From: Eledone cirrhosa
Taxonomy: Eukaryota
Assembly (NCBI GenBank): GCA_964016885.1
Contig: OZ024740.1
Location: forward strand, 189,038,001-189,102,000
Direction of reading: 5' to 3'
DNA length: 64,000 nucleotides
This document shows positions 14,735 to 29,053 of the stretch, piece after piece; positions within the stretch are counted from its first letter, which is position 1; every line of letters starts with the position of its first letter. The position numbers and the translations under genes are program-made. Below the pieces are notes generated by a model. That model was given only the letters and a program-made list of their open reading frames with translations. It searched no databases and was not told the origin of the DNA.

Positions 14735-15566
14735 TTCTTTATTAGCCACATGGGCACAAAAGAAGGGGACAAATACAAAGGGGGAAGTTTACATACAATA
14801 AAAACGTGTAAAATGTTATCACAAATGGAATTTAAAAAGTTAGTCGATTTTCCCCAATAGAGGGAGACAGTTTATATGGGTAACACATACCCCCGAAAAA
14901 AAATGTGCAACCCTCATCTCCAGGAGTACGAAGAGCTTGTACTCCTTTCCTCTCCTCCTCCTTTTCCTCAACCTACAGGCTGATTTAGAGAGAAGGCCCA
15001 TTCACTCGGGCCATTCTCGCCACTTTCACCCACCTTTCATAAAACTTGCTGGGGTACAGCACCTCTCTCTCCATCCTGATTCTTCTTCCAAAGTGGTATT
15101 TGAAAAAAAGAATCAGTTGTTGGCCGGAGAGAAAGGTGTCTGACCTCAGCCCTTTCAACCTTGTCCACCATACAACCTCTTTCGCCATAGCTATCACACA
15201 AAGGAAAACCGCCTCTCCTTCGTTTTTGAAGGAGGGTGGCGGTTTGATCATGACAATGGACTCGGTGGTCAACTGGATTGGTCCCACCCGCGACAATAGT
15301 CGTTCTACATAGCCCCACAGGTCAGTGACGCCCGGGAAGTGTATGAATGCGTGCGCGACGGTTTCTTCGTCTCGCACGCACCTCGGACAGATCTTTTTTG
15401 CAGGGTCCCTGCCCGGGCGCCCATGTCTGTAGAGCTTGTCTCGAACTGGTAGAGCTCCTCGGTAGCACTGCCAGGCCAGGGACTTTTGGAAGTTGTCCAT
15501 CGGTCCCGGGCGGAAGGTCCTACCGAACAGACTGGCCAGTTCATCTTCCTCTACGCCTAGAGTTTC
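14735..15566 (-). mobile_element. L1/Tx1-like LINE 3' fragment (zf-RVT region) inserted in (GATA)n
   Basis: ORF LAWQCYRGALPVRDKL..CPRCVRDEETVAHAFIH; AATAAA at the 3' end; ATAGATAGATA on both flanks. Confidence 0.85.
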
Positions 15567-15752
15567 ATAGATAGATAGATAGGGTGTCCCAAAAAATGTA
15601 TACACTCTTCAAAGAGAATACTGTTGAAGTGTGTTCCATAATATTGAGTCTAAATATTTTATGAATAATTTTTTTCTTAAAAGGATTTTCCATATTTTGA
15701 AGGAAACCTATATCCATCTGTACTAAATTATTTCAGTCATTCCACATATATT

Positions 15753-15966
15753 TTAACCCTTTTAATACTAAACCACATGAAATTGAATTTGGTTTTATAA
15801 TACAGAATTGTTTGTTTCAAGAAAGACATAAATCTTCCTTAATAATTTGTTTCAAATAGCAGCTTAATAACGAGAAGTTATATCACTCTAAGTCCCTAAA
15901 TTTTTGATTATTTCGAAAATTATTTGAAAATTACAGGCAAGTATGTTTCATTAGAAATATGGTAAC
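15753..15966. mobile_element. Degenerate TTAACCCTTT-type MITE-like repeat; related sequence at ~26990-27190 and ~615-1200
   Basis: Shared TTGATTATTT..AAAATTATTTGAAAAT and ..AATATGGTAA motifs. Confidence 0.4.
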
Positions 15967-16679
15967 TTAATAAAGGCCCTGTGATACAAAGAAACAATGT
16001 TTTCCATATTATGCCATTTGGGAACTCAATGTAAGGCTAATTTAGAAGGTAAACATTAATCCCCAACATAAACAGTATGGAAATCATATTCACCTAATGG
16101 AAGCTGTTTAGAAGTTAGCAATGATCCATAAGGTAGCACATAGGGTGAGGAGTTCCTGCACAGTTATCGGTGCCAAGCTTGCTGTTTCTTTGAATTTATC
16201 TGCAAATTAATATTTGCAAGTTTAATCTCAGTACATGTACAAAGCTAATATACATATAACTACATGTTAACATCCAGTTCTTCATAATAATGTTACTTTA
16301 GTAGAAGCCCTTGAATTTTTCTCTGAAATATGGAAGTTCAGATACACGTTCACAATCTCTTATCTGAAAACCTAGGGACCAGACACTTTTTGGATTTCAA
16401 AATTCTTTTGGTTTTGAAACGGAAGATTTTAAAAGTTTTTTTTATCATCCCACACATTGACATCAATTTTTTCTTCTTCAGTTCCATTCTAGTCTATCAA
16501 ATGTTTAAAAAAAAAAAAGAATTTTGGATAAAAGATTGTGAACCTTGTCTTGTGAAGATTGTCTTGCAGTTTCTGATCATTACAGCTAAATTGTATGATT
16601 TACTACATTTCTGGAGACACTGACTGACAAAGAAATGAATATCTTCTTACAGAAAAAACTCTGTACCAAAGTATGTGCA

Positions 16680-16718
<39 letters not shown>

Positions 16719-17097
16719 ACATTACCGTCATAGTTTTGTGAATGCTTACCATGCTTGCATGGTTTTAAATAGGTCATAATAGCCTGCATCAGATTTATTC
16801 AAATTTCCTTTCTTCATAGATGGATTGAAATTTACATCACACTCATTCATTCCATAAAGTTGCAATATCTTCTATGGCTGGATGCCCATCATAACACAAA
16901 CCTCTTTCAGTGCATTTTATCTTGATACGAGTATTAGAGATATTGCTATGTCCTTAACCTGATAAGACAATAGAGTCTCCTCTTCCCTACTTTATTTCCA
17001 TATATGTATGTATGTAAAAAGTAAACAGAAATAACAGCACAATTGGTACAGTATATGGAAGGACTATATTAGGAATATATATTACCAGGAAGAGGGG

Positions 17098-17131
17098 CTT
17101 AACGTTTCGGACGCTAGTCCTTCATCAGAAG
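17098..17131 (-). ncRNA. Minimal PLE-type hammerhead ribozyme motif
   Basis: CTT-CTGATGA-A-GGAC-TAGC-GTCC-GAAA-CG-TT^AAG; palindromic ACGT helix III. Confidence 0.7.
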
Positions 17132-17845
17132 AAAGAATGAGAAATAAGATAGATTGGAAAAAATGTCTTTAAATAAAAATAACAGGTCCATTCATGTTGA
17201 CATCTCTTGGTACTCTTTACACAAGCATGACCAAATAGATAAGGTTTCCAAGTTTCATCCCTCTGCATGGCATTTTGTCAAATATTTTTTTTCATTTTAG
17301 CATCTATCAAAGTCTTGTGGATGAAATTGTGTTGATGAAAAATGTTTAGATGATGGAGTGTGTATGTAATTCAAAGGGCCCTTTTCTCTCTCTGTCATGC
17401 TGAATCTCCTTGAGAATTGTGTTAAGCATTTGTGACTGTGGAATACTTATCCACATACATGCTAATTTCATAAGTAGGCCATGCCGTTGATCAAACAACT
17501 GGAACATACATTGTTGATATCTGGCAGATATCCATGCACTGTATATTTGAATCCTCTATCAACACTGTTATAGCATAAGCTAGTTTATACATTCTATCTG
17601 AAGAAAATTTACAGTTATAAATCATATCTATTGACTTTAAAATTTGTATATTTATATTTCAAAATTAAATATTCAAAGCAGAAAACTCATAAACTTCCCA
17701 CAAATTCAGTTAAAAGGAAATGTCACCTTTATTTGTTTATTTATTCAAATATAATAAATCAATATATTGAGGTTTTAAAAAATCATATTTATCAACATCA
17801 CCAACATTATTATTATTGACACTAACACCACCTCCACCACCATCG

Positions 17846-17889
<44 letters not shown>

Positions 17890-19644
17890 TATTACTACTT
17901 TTGTCTGTTGTTTTTAAAGTTAAGTTTTAAAATGCTTCTTTCTGCCAGAAAGATAAATATCTTGGTTGTATTCAAACATATTCTGATCCATTTTCTAAAA
18001 ATGTTGATTTGTTTCAATTGTGATTCTTTATTTCTATTTGATATTAAATTTTTCATAATTTAATGTCTAAATTTTTTTTTCTTTCCCTTTTTTGCCCATT
18101 TTATTATTAATTTCATGATTATCCCCTGCTGATTTATATTCACAATATACAAATATAAATTCAGTTGAACAACACAAACATTTAGGATTGTTAAAAATTA
18201 TAGATAGTTTCCAAGTAGAAAACAAAAATATTGCTATCAATAGTAATGGCGATGATGATGGAGTCTGAATAAGCTCCTTGTTTTGAGAACACAATATTTT
18301 TCCATGCTAATACAGCTTAGTTAGTTATTTTTACAAACCCAAACGGTCACAATTTTGCTTTGATATTCTCCAGGAAAATGTATTCTTCTTCTCTTTGTAA
18401 CAATTATTTTTTCCATTGTTTTGAATTCAGAAAATATATTTTAAATATTGTTTGCTTTTTCTTTTTTAATATGTTTATTTGCAGATCTCGAAACAATTTA
18501 AACAATTTGTTTTCACTAATACATCTATATTCTGTATGTCATATTTTTTCATTTTTTGTTTTTATGTGGTTTGTTGTTTTTCCCATTCCATATGTTTCTT
18601 TTGTTTAATTGTTCTATATTTTTATCAATTTAAAATTATTGATATGTTTATCAAGAGCCTATTTTGTTGGTATGTATGTATGCATGAGAGAGAGAAAGAG
18701 AGAGTGAGTTGTATCCTAAATTCATTCTCATATTCTCTATGAGTATCCTGTCATATGCTATCATTGGAATTTTTAAGGTTGGCAATCATTGTTTCAAATC
18801 TTCGGTTGTTACACTCAATTATATCTGCCATCATGTTCTTTGTTGATTTTCTCACAGCCATATCGAATCATACATACACACATACACAAGTCCACATATT
18901 TACAAGCACATACATTATATTAGGAAAATCTACTTGACATCTTTTATCAAGAAGATTTTAGTACTAGAATTTATTTATATAAAAATCTGTTCATCTTTCA
19001 AAAGGAGATTGGCAAGGGTAATAGTTTGGCAAAGGTGGAGGTTTAACAATGGCAGCTGATTGGCAGAATTGTTGAGTGTTGGTCAAAATACCTTGTAGTG
19101 TTTTGTTATGCACTCTCTGCTCTTAGTTCATATCCTGCTAAAATCAACTTTGCTTTTCATCCTTCAATTGTTGATAACATAAGGCACCAGTTAAGTACTG
19201 GCATCAATATAATCGACTGTTTTCTTCCCTTAAATTTGAAACCTTTTGTCTATGTAAGAAATCATTATTTTCATTATTTTTATTGTAATTATTCTTGTTT
19301 TTCTTTAACAATATCTCATAGCAAATAAGTATGTAATTATGTGTCTGTATGTGTGCGTGTGGGGGGGGGGGGGGGGGGTATATATATATATATGTGTCTA
19401 TGTGTGTGTGTGTGTGTGTGTCTGTGTGTATGCCTGTATGTGTGTGTACATATAGATGTGTATCATTTAAAACAGTTTATATCAATGAATTGTTTTGAAA
19501 CATTATCGATTACCATATGCATATCTGGTTTGTTTGGTGCATGGACCTACCTACTTACATACAGATATGTTTAAGTATGTATATATGTGATATGAGTGTG
19601 TATGTAAGTACATTAGTATATATTTGAAATATTTAAACAAATAC

Positions 19645-19703
<59 letters not shown>

Positions 19704-20115
19704 CATGTAGATATATATATATATACATACATACATACATACATACAAACATGCATATATATATATATATTTACGTGTGTATGTATGTGTGTTTGTGTGT
19801 GTACATATATATAAATATGTGTGCGTGTGTTAGTAGATACTAGTATAATTGTAAATACATTAAGTTAGAAGCACTTACTTTAAGCATCACAGACTCCATA
19901 TATATTACATATAGAATAATTTTTTTTTTTTTTGTATTTTTTATAAATACTGTAATACACATATTTGTATGTCTGCATGATGCAAAGTATTGCTTGGACA
20001 CACTGCTGCAATACATGTGTCTACATAATGCTCAGACCCATTCATAACAAAACATCTATTTTTTCCAACAAATTCTTAAACCACTTTCCATTTCTATGAT
20101 AATTTCCGCCAACAG

Positions 20116-20181
20116 GTATGAAAGGTTCAAATGCAGAATCAGTCAGTGAAAAACCTAAAATGCGTGATGTAAACGCAGCAG
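20116..20181 (+). CDS. Candidate 66-nt internal exon of an unidentified host gene, (G)MKGSNAESVSEKPKMRDVNAA
   Basis: ccaacag| acceptor, CAG|gtaaat donor, frame-preserving, no stop, non-repetitive context. Confidence 0.4.
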
Positions 20182-20554
20182 GTAAATATGCTTTGTTCCA
20201 GGTGCACGCCAAGCAGTCATAGCACCAGATACCTAGTGCTCTGTTACTGCCCATGTTTTTTATTTATTTATTTGTTTTATTTTACTTTGATTTATTTATT
20301 TAATTTTGTGTGTGTATATCAACCTCCCCCATTATCACTTGGTTGTAGCCTGCTACTGCTGTCCAGATTATTATTATTTATAATTATTATTTATTATTAT
20401 TATTATTTAGTCTTTTTAAAAAACAACTGTTTTTAGTCAGGTTTTATTAAAACGAATGCCCTTTATTATTTTGTATTCATTTTACTGCTTTAGTTTTGAA
20501 CACTGTATGATGTAGTTGTTTTTTGTTGAATGTGATTTCTGCAGAAAGCTAAGT

Positions 20555-21075
<521 letters not shown>

Positions 21076-21992
21076 TAACCCTTATTGTCAACGTTTGTTT
21101 GTTGGAAGACAAGTATTTTATTGAACTGTTTGTGCTTGGAATTATGTCTCTGGAACACAGCATATAAGTAAATGAAATATATGTTTATACATAGATATAT
21201 GTATGTGTGTATGTTTTTGTTTCTTTTCATTTAGACATTAAATGTAATGTAAAATATCTAACTATAAATTGTTTAAAACTTTATCATAAAAGGTTTCAAT
21301 TTATGTTATTTTATGTAGTGGAATTCTCATTAGCAGAGAATATTCCATAGACACTAACATTTTATATTTATATGCATACATATGCACATACAAAGAAATG
21401 AATTATTCCAAATTTACAACTTTAAATAAAATAACAAGAACTATTCTCCTCTAAATCATTGAGGATTTAGATCTTATTTTCTTTTTTTTTTACAAATCAA
21501 ATTGAAATTTGAATACATCAAGAATATTATGTAGCTACCTAACCATATCTGTTGACCACTCATCTCAAATATTGTAAAGCCTTTGATTATCACAAATATT
21601 TTATGAATTTTTCTTTAATGTTTAATGAGTTCATACTAATTTTAGTTTATATTCTACATTTATTGTCAACTTTCAACCTCCTTAACCAGAGAAGCAAAGA
21701 TTGTAAAACTTTAATGTAGAGCATCTTGACTTCTTTGTTGTATAACTCACCAGCACACCACTTAATATTAAACTGTTTGGTGTTAAAAAAATATATAATG
21801 TAAAATTTAGAAAATGTGTCTCAACTCCCTTTAAATATATGATAGATTTCATGAAAAACAATCCTATTAATCAACATAAAAATGTTCTGATTAACCGTTT
21901 TGTACTATATTTTTAATGAATTACACTTCATTTCAATTAATAGATGAATCATTTTGAGAGATTTTCTAACATTTTTTCCTAAATAAGATAAT

Positions 21993-22091
21993 TGTTTCTA
22001 CTTTTGGCACAAGACCAGAAATTACCCAGTGTATTACTGGTACTTTATTTTATCGACCCCGTAAGGATGAAAGGCAAAATTAATCTAATTG
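21993..22091 (-). mobile_element. 5'-truncated family 2 SINE with 18-bp TSD
   Basis: TTTCCTAAATAAGATAAT at 21975-21992 and 22092-22109. Confidence 0.75.
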
Positions 22092-22869
22092 TTTCCTAAA
22101 TAAGATAATAACTATACATAAGGTTCTCATATAAAAATATGTTGGAAGATTTTAATTTAATGAAGCCTTTAATATAGGGAGTTTTGTTTAATAGAATCAG
22201 ATCGGGATTTGATCGGGCTGGTAAAATGATTAGTAATTAATTGAATATAGTCTTTTCTCCCACCCCCACTGTTGTAATCTAGAGCTAAAAATATGTTGAA
22301 CTCTTAAACAGGGGACATAACTTTGTATAATCCAATTTATTTGACTGATATAAAAGAGGTTGCACACTTTATTTCACAGTTGAATGTTTAACAGTAAAAA
22401 GAGCACACATAAAAAATCCCTCCTACAGTTATACCATCCTACCCTTTCATGTGTGGATTTAAAATAATAAAAATAAAAAGAACAACATAAAAAAGTCAAA
22501 ATAGAAATATTTCAATTAAGGATCTTTTAAAATGTTTAAAATGTTTAACATAAAAAGTACCCATTTCCTTGCAATAATTGACTTAGAAATTAAAATGAAA
22601 GTTAAAGATATTTTAATTCATATGATGAAGAAAAATCTCATTTCAAATTCTTTTTCATTTTCATCCTTCTCGTTATATTATTATTGTTATTTTCCTCATC
22701 TTCCTGCCTTCATATTCTTTTTCAATAGCCACTAGAAGATATCCTAGAAGCTATTTCTCCCTTCTAGTTAAATTCTTATTTCTAATCCAATTTAATTTGA
22801 CAGCTCTTTCCCAAATAACAAACTAAACAGCTAGCCAATATTTCATCTCATATAATATGCACATCCACC

Positions 22870-22923
<54 letters not shown>

Positions 22924-24981
22924 AAAACGACTTGAAACCAAAGGAATTAAAATGAGAAACCAAAGGAAAAAAAGGTTCTTATAAAAATGAGAAATATTAA
23001 TCAGAAAGGAAAATTGAAACTACCACTTAATTCAGCATTAGTATATCTATTATTATTTTTTTTAATTTATTATTACATTTTTCATAGAATTGTAAGAATT
23101 GTATAGGTAATAATTTGATGAATATAATTTGTCTAAGAAAGATCATTCATTGGCTGGGAATGCTATATCATTTTTGCTAGTTAGAATATTTTTTTAAGAA
23201 TCTGGATTCCTATTTCAAAAACACATAGAAATTTCAGCATTCATTTAAAATGTACATATACAGATATACGCATGCACATATGCATACTCATCAGCTATAT
23301 ACAATCATTGCATATTTTCATATGAATTATTTGAATAATTTAATATTTTGAGTATTTTATTTTTGTTTTAATCATTCTGGTTTTGTTGCTGTTGTTGTTC
23401 TCCACCCCACCCCACAACATTCACTGTCTTTCTAAACGAAATCCTATTTTGAAACACCAATCATCTAGAAATGATAATGTTGCCTTTTCTGTTACATTAC
23501 AACTCTTGTTCTTTGAGATTCATTTTTGTTGGTCAGTCTTGCATGATTCGGTCTTGGAGAAGTGATCTCTTCAGTATATTTAAACATCACTTTTGTCTTG
23601 TCAAACATTTTCTTTTCTTTCTTTTTTTATTAATCTGTTTCTTCTCTCTCACCATCATTCTTGCTGTTGTAATTTTTGCGTGTGTTTTTGTTCTTTTCCT
23701 TGTTGCTGTGTTGTTTTTGTTTTTTCATTTAATGGATGGTGTTTGGTCATTGTTATCATTGTTGTTGTTTTTTTTACCTTGAGAAATTGTTGCCATCAAA
23801 CATCATGTTATTATAATGTTATTATGGATTTTTTAATTCCCAATCACTTTACATCACCATTATCAATGCAATTACCATTCATATTGTCAAAACATTTGTC
23901 TGATATTCATTCACTTTTATCATATATCATTACTATTCATTTTTATTTATCAACTGAAAATTAATTTGGGCTGATAAAAACAGATAATTAGAAAACTAAT
24001 ATGAAAACACTATAATAAATGGTGTAGCCCACAGAGATTTTGCATTATATGCCAGCAGTGGCACACCAAGTTAGTTAATTGAATGAGCTACTGATTTAGA
24101 AACCTAATTGACTACTATCAGTGGTGCCACAGTAATTTTCATCCCAGTGACCAAGCTGTTTCCCATCATAAAAGTTTGCATCTTCATACTTTCTGAAAGA
24201 ATTTGTGCATAATTTCACTTTTATTCCTTCAGCTTCTTCAAATTGAAACAGTTTTGCAAACTCTCATCAACAAAGTTAATTAGTCCTATTAGGTCCATAA
24301 AAATATCATAATGGAAAAAATACATAGAATAATGATTGCTTCTAAGTTTGTAGAGTCTCAAGAGTATTGATCAGTGACACAAACCAATTTACTAATTATA
24401 AACTCCCAACCCACTTGCCAATCAGGGTTCTCATCAAATTAACAAATTTCTACCTTCAGTACATTCCGTAATGTCTTAGTTATGCAGATTTAGGCGAGAA
24501 ATATTAAGTAGCTATCTAACTTTGAAATACTTCTAATTAAACATGAGATTAATCTGGTTGATAATGCAAGAATACATTTAATATGTCCTATGTAACTGTC
24601 TAATTGGAAAATCCATTTTGTTGCTTTTATATTGAATCACATTTGTTTTCATTTTTATTTTCCACCAACAGATTAAGAAATTTATAGCTGATGGTAATCT
24701 AAAATACTTTAAAATATCATTAATCCAGATTGATTTTCATAATTTTTAATTTCTGAGCTAAAAACTCCTTACTTTCAAAACACTTCAGATATTTCGTTTT
24801 CACTATTTGTATTTGCCTGAAACAAAAGTATTTTATTAAATTTTTAAGATTATAACTGACTAATTCTGTTCCATCAGTATTAACATAAATCACTTTAAAA
24901 AATATATATTTCTAATAAAATAACTATGTTTTCAAATGATCCTCAATTGCACTTGAAACTCTAAATATATATATATATATC

Positions 24982-25242
24982 CAGAGAGTGTAACGTGGAG
25001 TTACTGTAGGTTCACCCGGGTGAGCACCTGATGTTTAGGTTCACATCTGTATCGAGGTGTAGAGCTAGACAGAGTGTAGTATAATAATACAACAACGATG
25101 AAAGGTTACTCCTTCATTATGTTTATTTGATTCCAGAGTCAGGCTAGATCGATATAGATCGAACCTTGAGCTGATCAGTAGTAAAATGCGCGTCACCAAC
25201 CAATAAACTTAATGAAGGAGTAACCATTTGTCCTTGTTGGAT

Positions 25243-25247
<5 letters not shown>
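24982..25247. mobile_element. Fold-back PLE-like element between (TA)n tracts
   Basis: Imperfect inverted arms 25081-25127 and 25202-25247; remnant AAAA-TGCGCG-TC..AATAAA resembles a hammerhead 3' half; related to 56730-56830. Confidence 0.55.
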
Positions 25248-25315
<68 letters not shown>

Positions 25316-25353
25316 AATGAGCAAGTTTCGTTTAGATGTATAAGACATTTATT

Positions 25354-25437
25354 GTTACGCGCGTGTCACAGAGGATTGACTCAAGGTCACCCATAGGAGT
25401 TATAGACCTGACTCCATTATCGGTCTGCTCTTCAGAC
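25354..25437 (-). ncRNA. Hammerhead-like motif with a long branched helix II (GAAA mutated to GACA); related copy at 57105-57190(+)
   Basis: GT-CTGAAGA-GCAGA[~50 nt]TCTGT-GACA-CGCGCG-TA^AC-AATAAA. Confidence 0.55.
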
Positions 25438-26115
25438 TGGGGATATGACAAAAAATATAGTGTTTGTTATGGTTTGTGAGATGATGGGTGTGTATATAAG
25501 CATCAGCTACTTTCTTTGTGTGTGGGCATATATATGTGTATACAAGGTGTGTCAGAAAAGTTCCAGGACTGATGTCTTTTTCTCTTCCCTTACTGCTATC
25601 CTCTTTCTCTCTCCCCTTTCTCTCTCCTTCTCCCTCTTACTTTCACTCACCCCCTCTGTTAGTCACCCTCTCTCGGCTAGCCTCTTCCTCACACTTTCAC
25701 TCACTCACTCTCTGCTACTCACCCTCTCTCTCACTTCCTCCATCGTCCCACACCGTACAAGATTCTTTCCTCGCTCACATCCGCATGGCCAAGATGTGTC
25801 TTTGCCTTCTCGTCAATATTCGCAAGTTCTTATGTTCAAAATGAATTATTGACTTGATTTTCTCATTTTTCCCTCTCTTTACGCTGCCTCACCATTCTGT
25901 TTGTTTACCTGTCTCTCTTTCTCCACCCAACTCTTTTTATCAAAATAACTTAATTTAGTTATTGTATCGCCCTAGCTGAGGTATATGGTCTGTAATACAA
26001 AGAAATACTTATGATGGCTAGTTGACCACTGATAACGGATATTCCTGGCTTCTATTTCTAATTCTTCATTTATTATATATATCCTATTTGCAACAACACA
26101 GCTCGCCATTTTTCA

Positions 26116-26238
<123 letters not shown>

Positions 26239-27593
26239 GTGAGACATGTTCCTTCAACCCTACTAGGATGGCAGTAATTCCAAATATGAAAATAAAATGA
26301 CTTTGACCATGATGACCCAGCCAACTCATGCCACCGAAAACGTTATTGTAAAATGATGATTTGTGTGTGTATGTGTGATTACTTTGGAATTGCTGAATGT
26401 TTAAGACTCCTGCTTAGAAACAGATATTAGATTTGATCCTATTGCATGATTCCTTCTACCATAGTAAATTAGTTGAAACTTTTCAGTAAAATTAGGTTGA
26501 CAGAAATTATATCGAAGCCCCTCAGATAGATTGTAACTGTAGTTGAAAGGGCCAGCTTCACTATACAGTGTCATACTGAGTATGTCTGAAGATAATATAA
26601 TGAGTAAAAGTGTCTTTGAAATATTCAGCAAATTTATACATCATTAAGGAAGTAGTTTTGATAATTGAACACTTTGAACATACATTGTTGAAATTAACGT
26701 GAGATCCATCATCCTACATAGTAGCATCCATTATAGTTTAGGAAGATACCTACCCCATGGTAGATGCTTACACATAGATAGTTTAGTATAGCTGGAATGG
26801 GTATTATCCATCATATAACAATATATGATAAGAGCCAGGTTAACTGAGATCATTGGGGATATTTATGGGAATATGGGTACCTCAAGTGCCATGCTATTAC
26901 TTTATTTAGATACATATAAGAAAATTACATTTCGCATTTCAAGTTTATTAATTATTGGTTGATTACAAGGTACCGAGAAAGCAAGGGTTGAAACTCTTTT
27001 GTTACCAAACTGACTGAAACGACCCTTGGTTCTACAATATAAAATAATTTGTTTTAAAATATTGATATTTATGTAACAAAATATTAATGTCTGTTATATT
27101 ATTAAATCCCTTAAGACTCTTGATTATTTTCAAAATTATTTGAAAATGATGGGTAGTTTTATGAGAACTATTGTAATGAAAATGTTAAATGACTTCAAAA
27201 ACAAAACAAAACTAACATCCAAAATACAGAAGGAAACAAGTAGTTGAATATCAAGTATTGAACCTTTGACTGATAGTTTGGCATCCCATCAACTTGATCA
27301 GTTGAAACTGTGTTTGTGTGTGTGTATGAAGGGACATTTGCTCATTGATATCATAATCATAAATCCAATACTTGTTTCTTTAGCCATTGTGTTGTGCACA
27401 TGAGCAAGTTACATAACTCTGTTTGTTCCAGATTGATGGATAATATAAACACATTCCATTTTCTACTTCACAGTTGGTAAGGAAAGTATATAGTTAGCTA
27501 TGAAAAACAATTGCCTTAACAAAACGCTATCCCACCTATGTTATTTTGGAAGTAAAATAGTAATAAATAATATATATAAATACATATATATAT

Positions 27594-27938
27594 GGAGGCA
27601 CATGGCTTAGTGGTTAGAGCATTGGCCTTGCAATCGAAAGGTTGTGAGTTCAATTCTCAGACCGGGTGATGTGTTGTTTCCTTGAACACAACACTTTATT
27701 TCATATTGCTCCAGTTTACTCAGCTGTAGAAATGAGATGATAGGGACAGGGGTCCATATCATTCCACTGTAAAGTGGTTGTGTAGGTGCCATGGCAAAAA
27801 GCACCCAGCACTCACTGTAAATGAGGTTGGTGTGAGGAAGGGAATCCAGCTGTAGAAATCAAGCCAGAATCAGTTCCCATCCCACCCTTGCAAGCAGGGA
27901 AAAAGCGGACGTAAAATGAAATGATGAATGATGATGAT
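27594..27938 (+). mobile_element. Full-length tRNA-derived SINE, family 1, with RTE-like 3' tail
   Basis: A box TGGCTTAGTGG, B box GAGTTCAATTC; 3' part TTGGTGT..GGAAGGG.ATCCAGCTGTAGAAA..GGACGTAAAA(TGA)n is shared with the RTE 3' UTR. Confidence 0.85.
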
Positions 27939-28872
27939 ATAAATAAAGATTGTGTTAAGGGTACAAATAACCATCAAACAATGCTTGAAAACGATTTAAG
28001 AAATTTAAATCTAAATTTAATTCCTGAAAGTTCCTTATACTCTGAGAAGGGAATTTTAAGTCCCAAAATATTAGGATGAAAGAATCAACAGTAACAACAA
28101 AAAACAAACAAAAATTACTAGGTAACTTACTTTTTTGTTACCTTCATCTTACAGTCCATTTTGCATTGTATAGGCTTACATCTCTTTCCACGTTATATAT
28201 TAGTAGGTTACTTACTAGGTTTAAGAGGTTTTTGTGAATTGCATACAGATTGGTACTGGACTTGTACTATTTAGTTATAAACTATCGGTATTATTCTCTT
28301 CTTAATCCTATTAATCATACTAAACCTACTAATTGTAGTAAAATTGAATTGATTTTGATCACACAGCTTCATACTGCATCTGCCTAAAGATTATGTTAAA
28401 GGTACAAATGCCTGTGGAGTACTCTGCAACTTATATTATAATTCAATATATTTTATGAGTTAGCATTGAAATACAAGTAATAGACAATGCTGTTATTCAG
28501 TATAGTTTGTTTTCATACAAATTTCTATTCTTCATGCACTTATTATCCTTCATGTTCAGAAAAATTCCTGTTAGCTGTCTTATCTCACTTTAATGGTTAT
28601 GCTCAATAGAATCCCGTCTCCATGCTGTAGAAGTGTTCTTGTGACATTGCCTTTCTATCTCTCCTCTCACTCTCTCCTCTTTCTTAAACACACATAGCAT
28701 TACAATAGTATTTCATAGAAATCTAGGTTTCAGTGTTTCATGACAAAGGAGATCTAATGAAATTCTAAACTAGAAAGTAAACACATAATAAACATATGAG
28801 AAATAATGCATTAAAAGAAAATATGCTACAGTATAACAGCACAGTGTTTTTATTTTCTCTTTCTTCTACCTC

Positions 28873-28924
<52 letters not shown>

Positions 28925-29022
28925 TAGCCATTTATAAATTTTTGTTTTTATTTTACATAACTCATATTTCAATCTGCTTTTCCAAAAGCTGTTTTTAGCA
29001 AAGTATAAAAAAGAGAGCACAC

Positions 29023-29053
<31 letters not shown>

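Noticed and set aside
27594-27670. tRNA gene
   Set aside because: A and B boxes are present but there is no clean cloverleaf; the sequence continues into a repeated SINE body and tail
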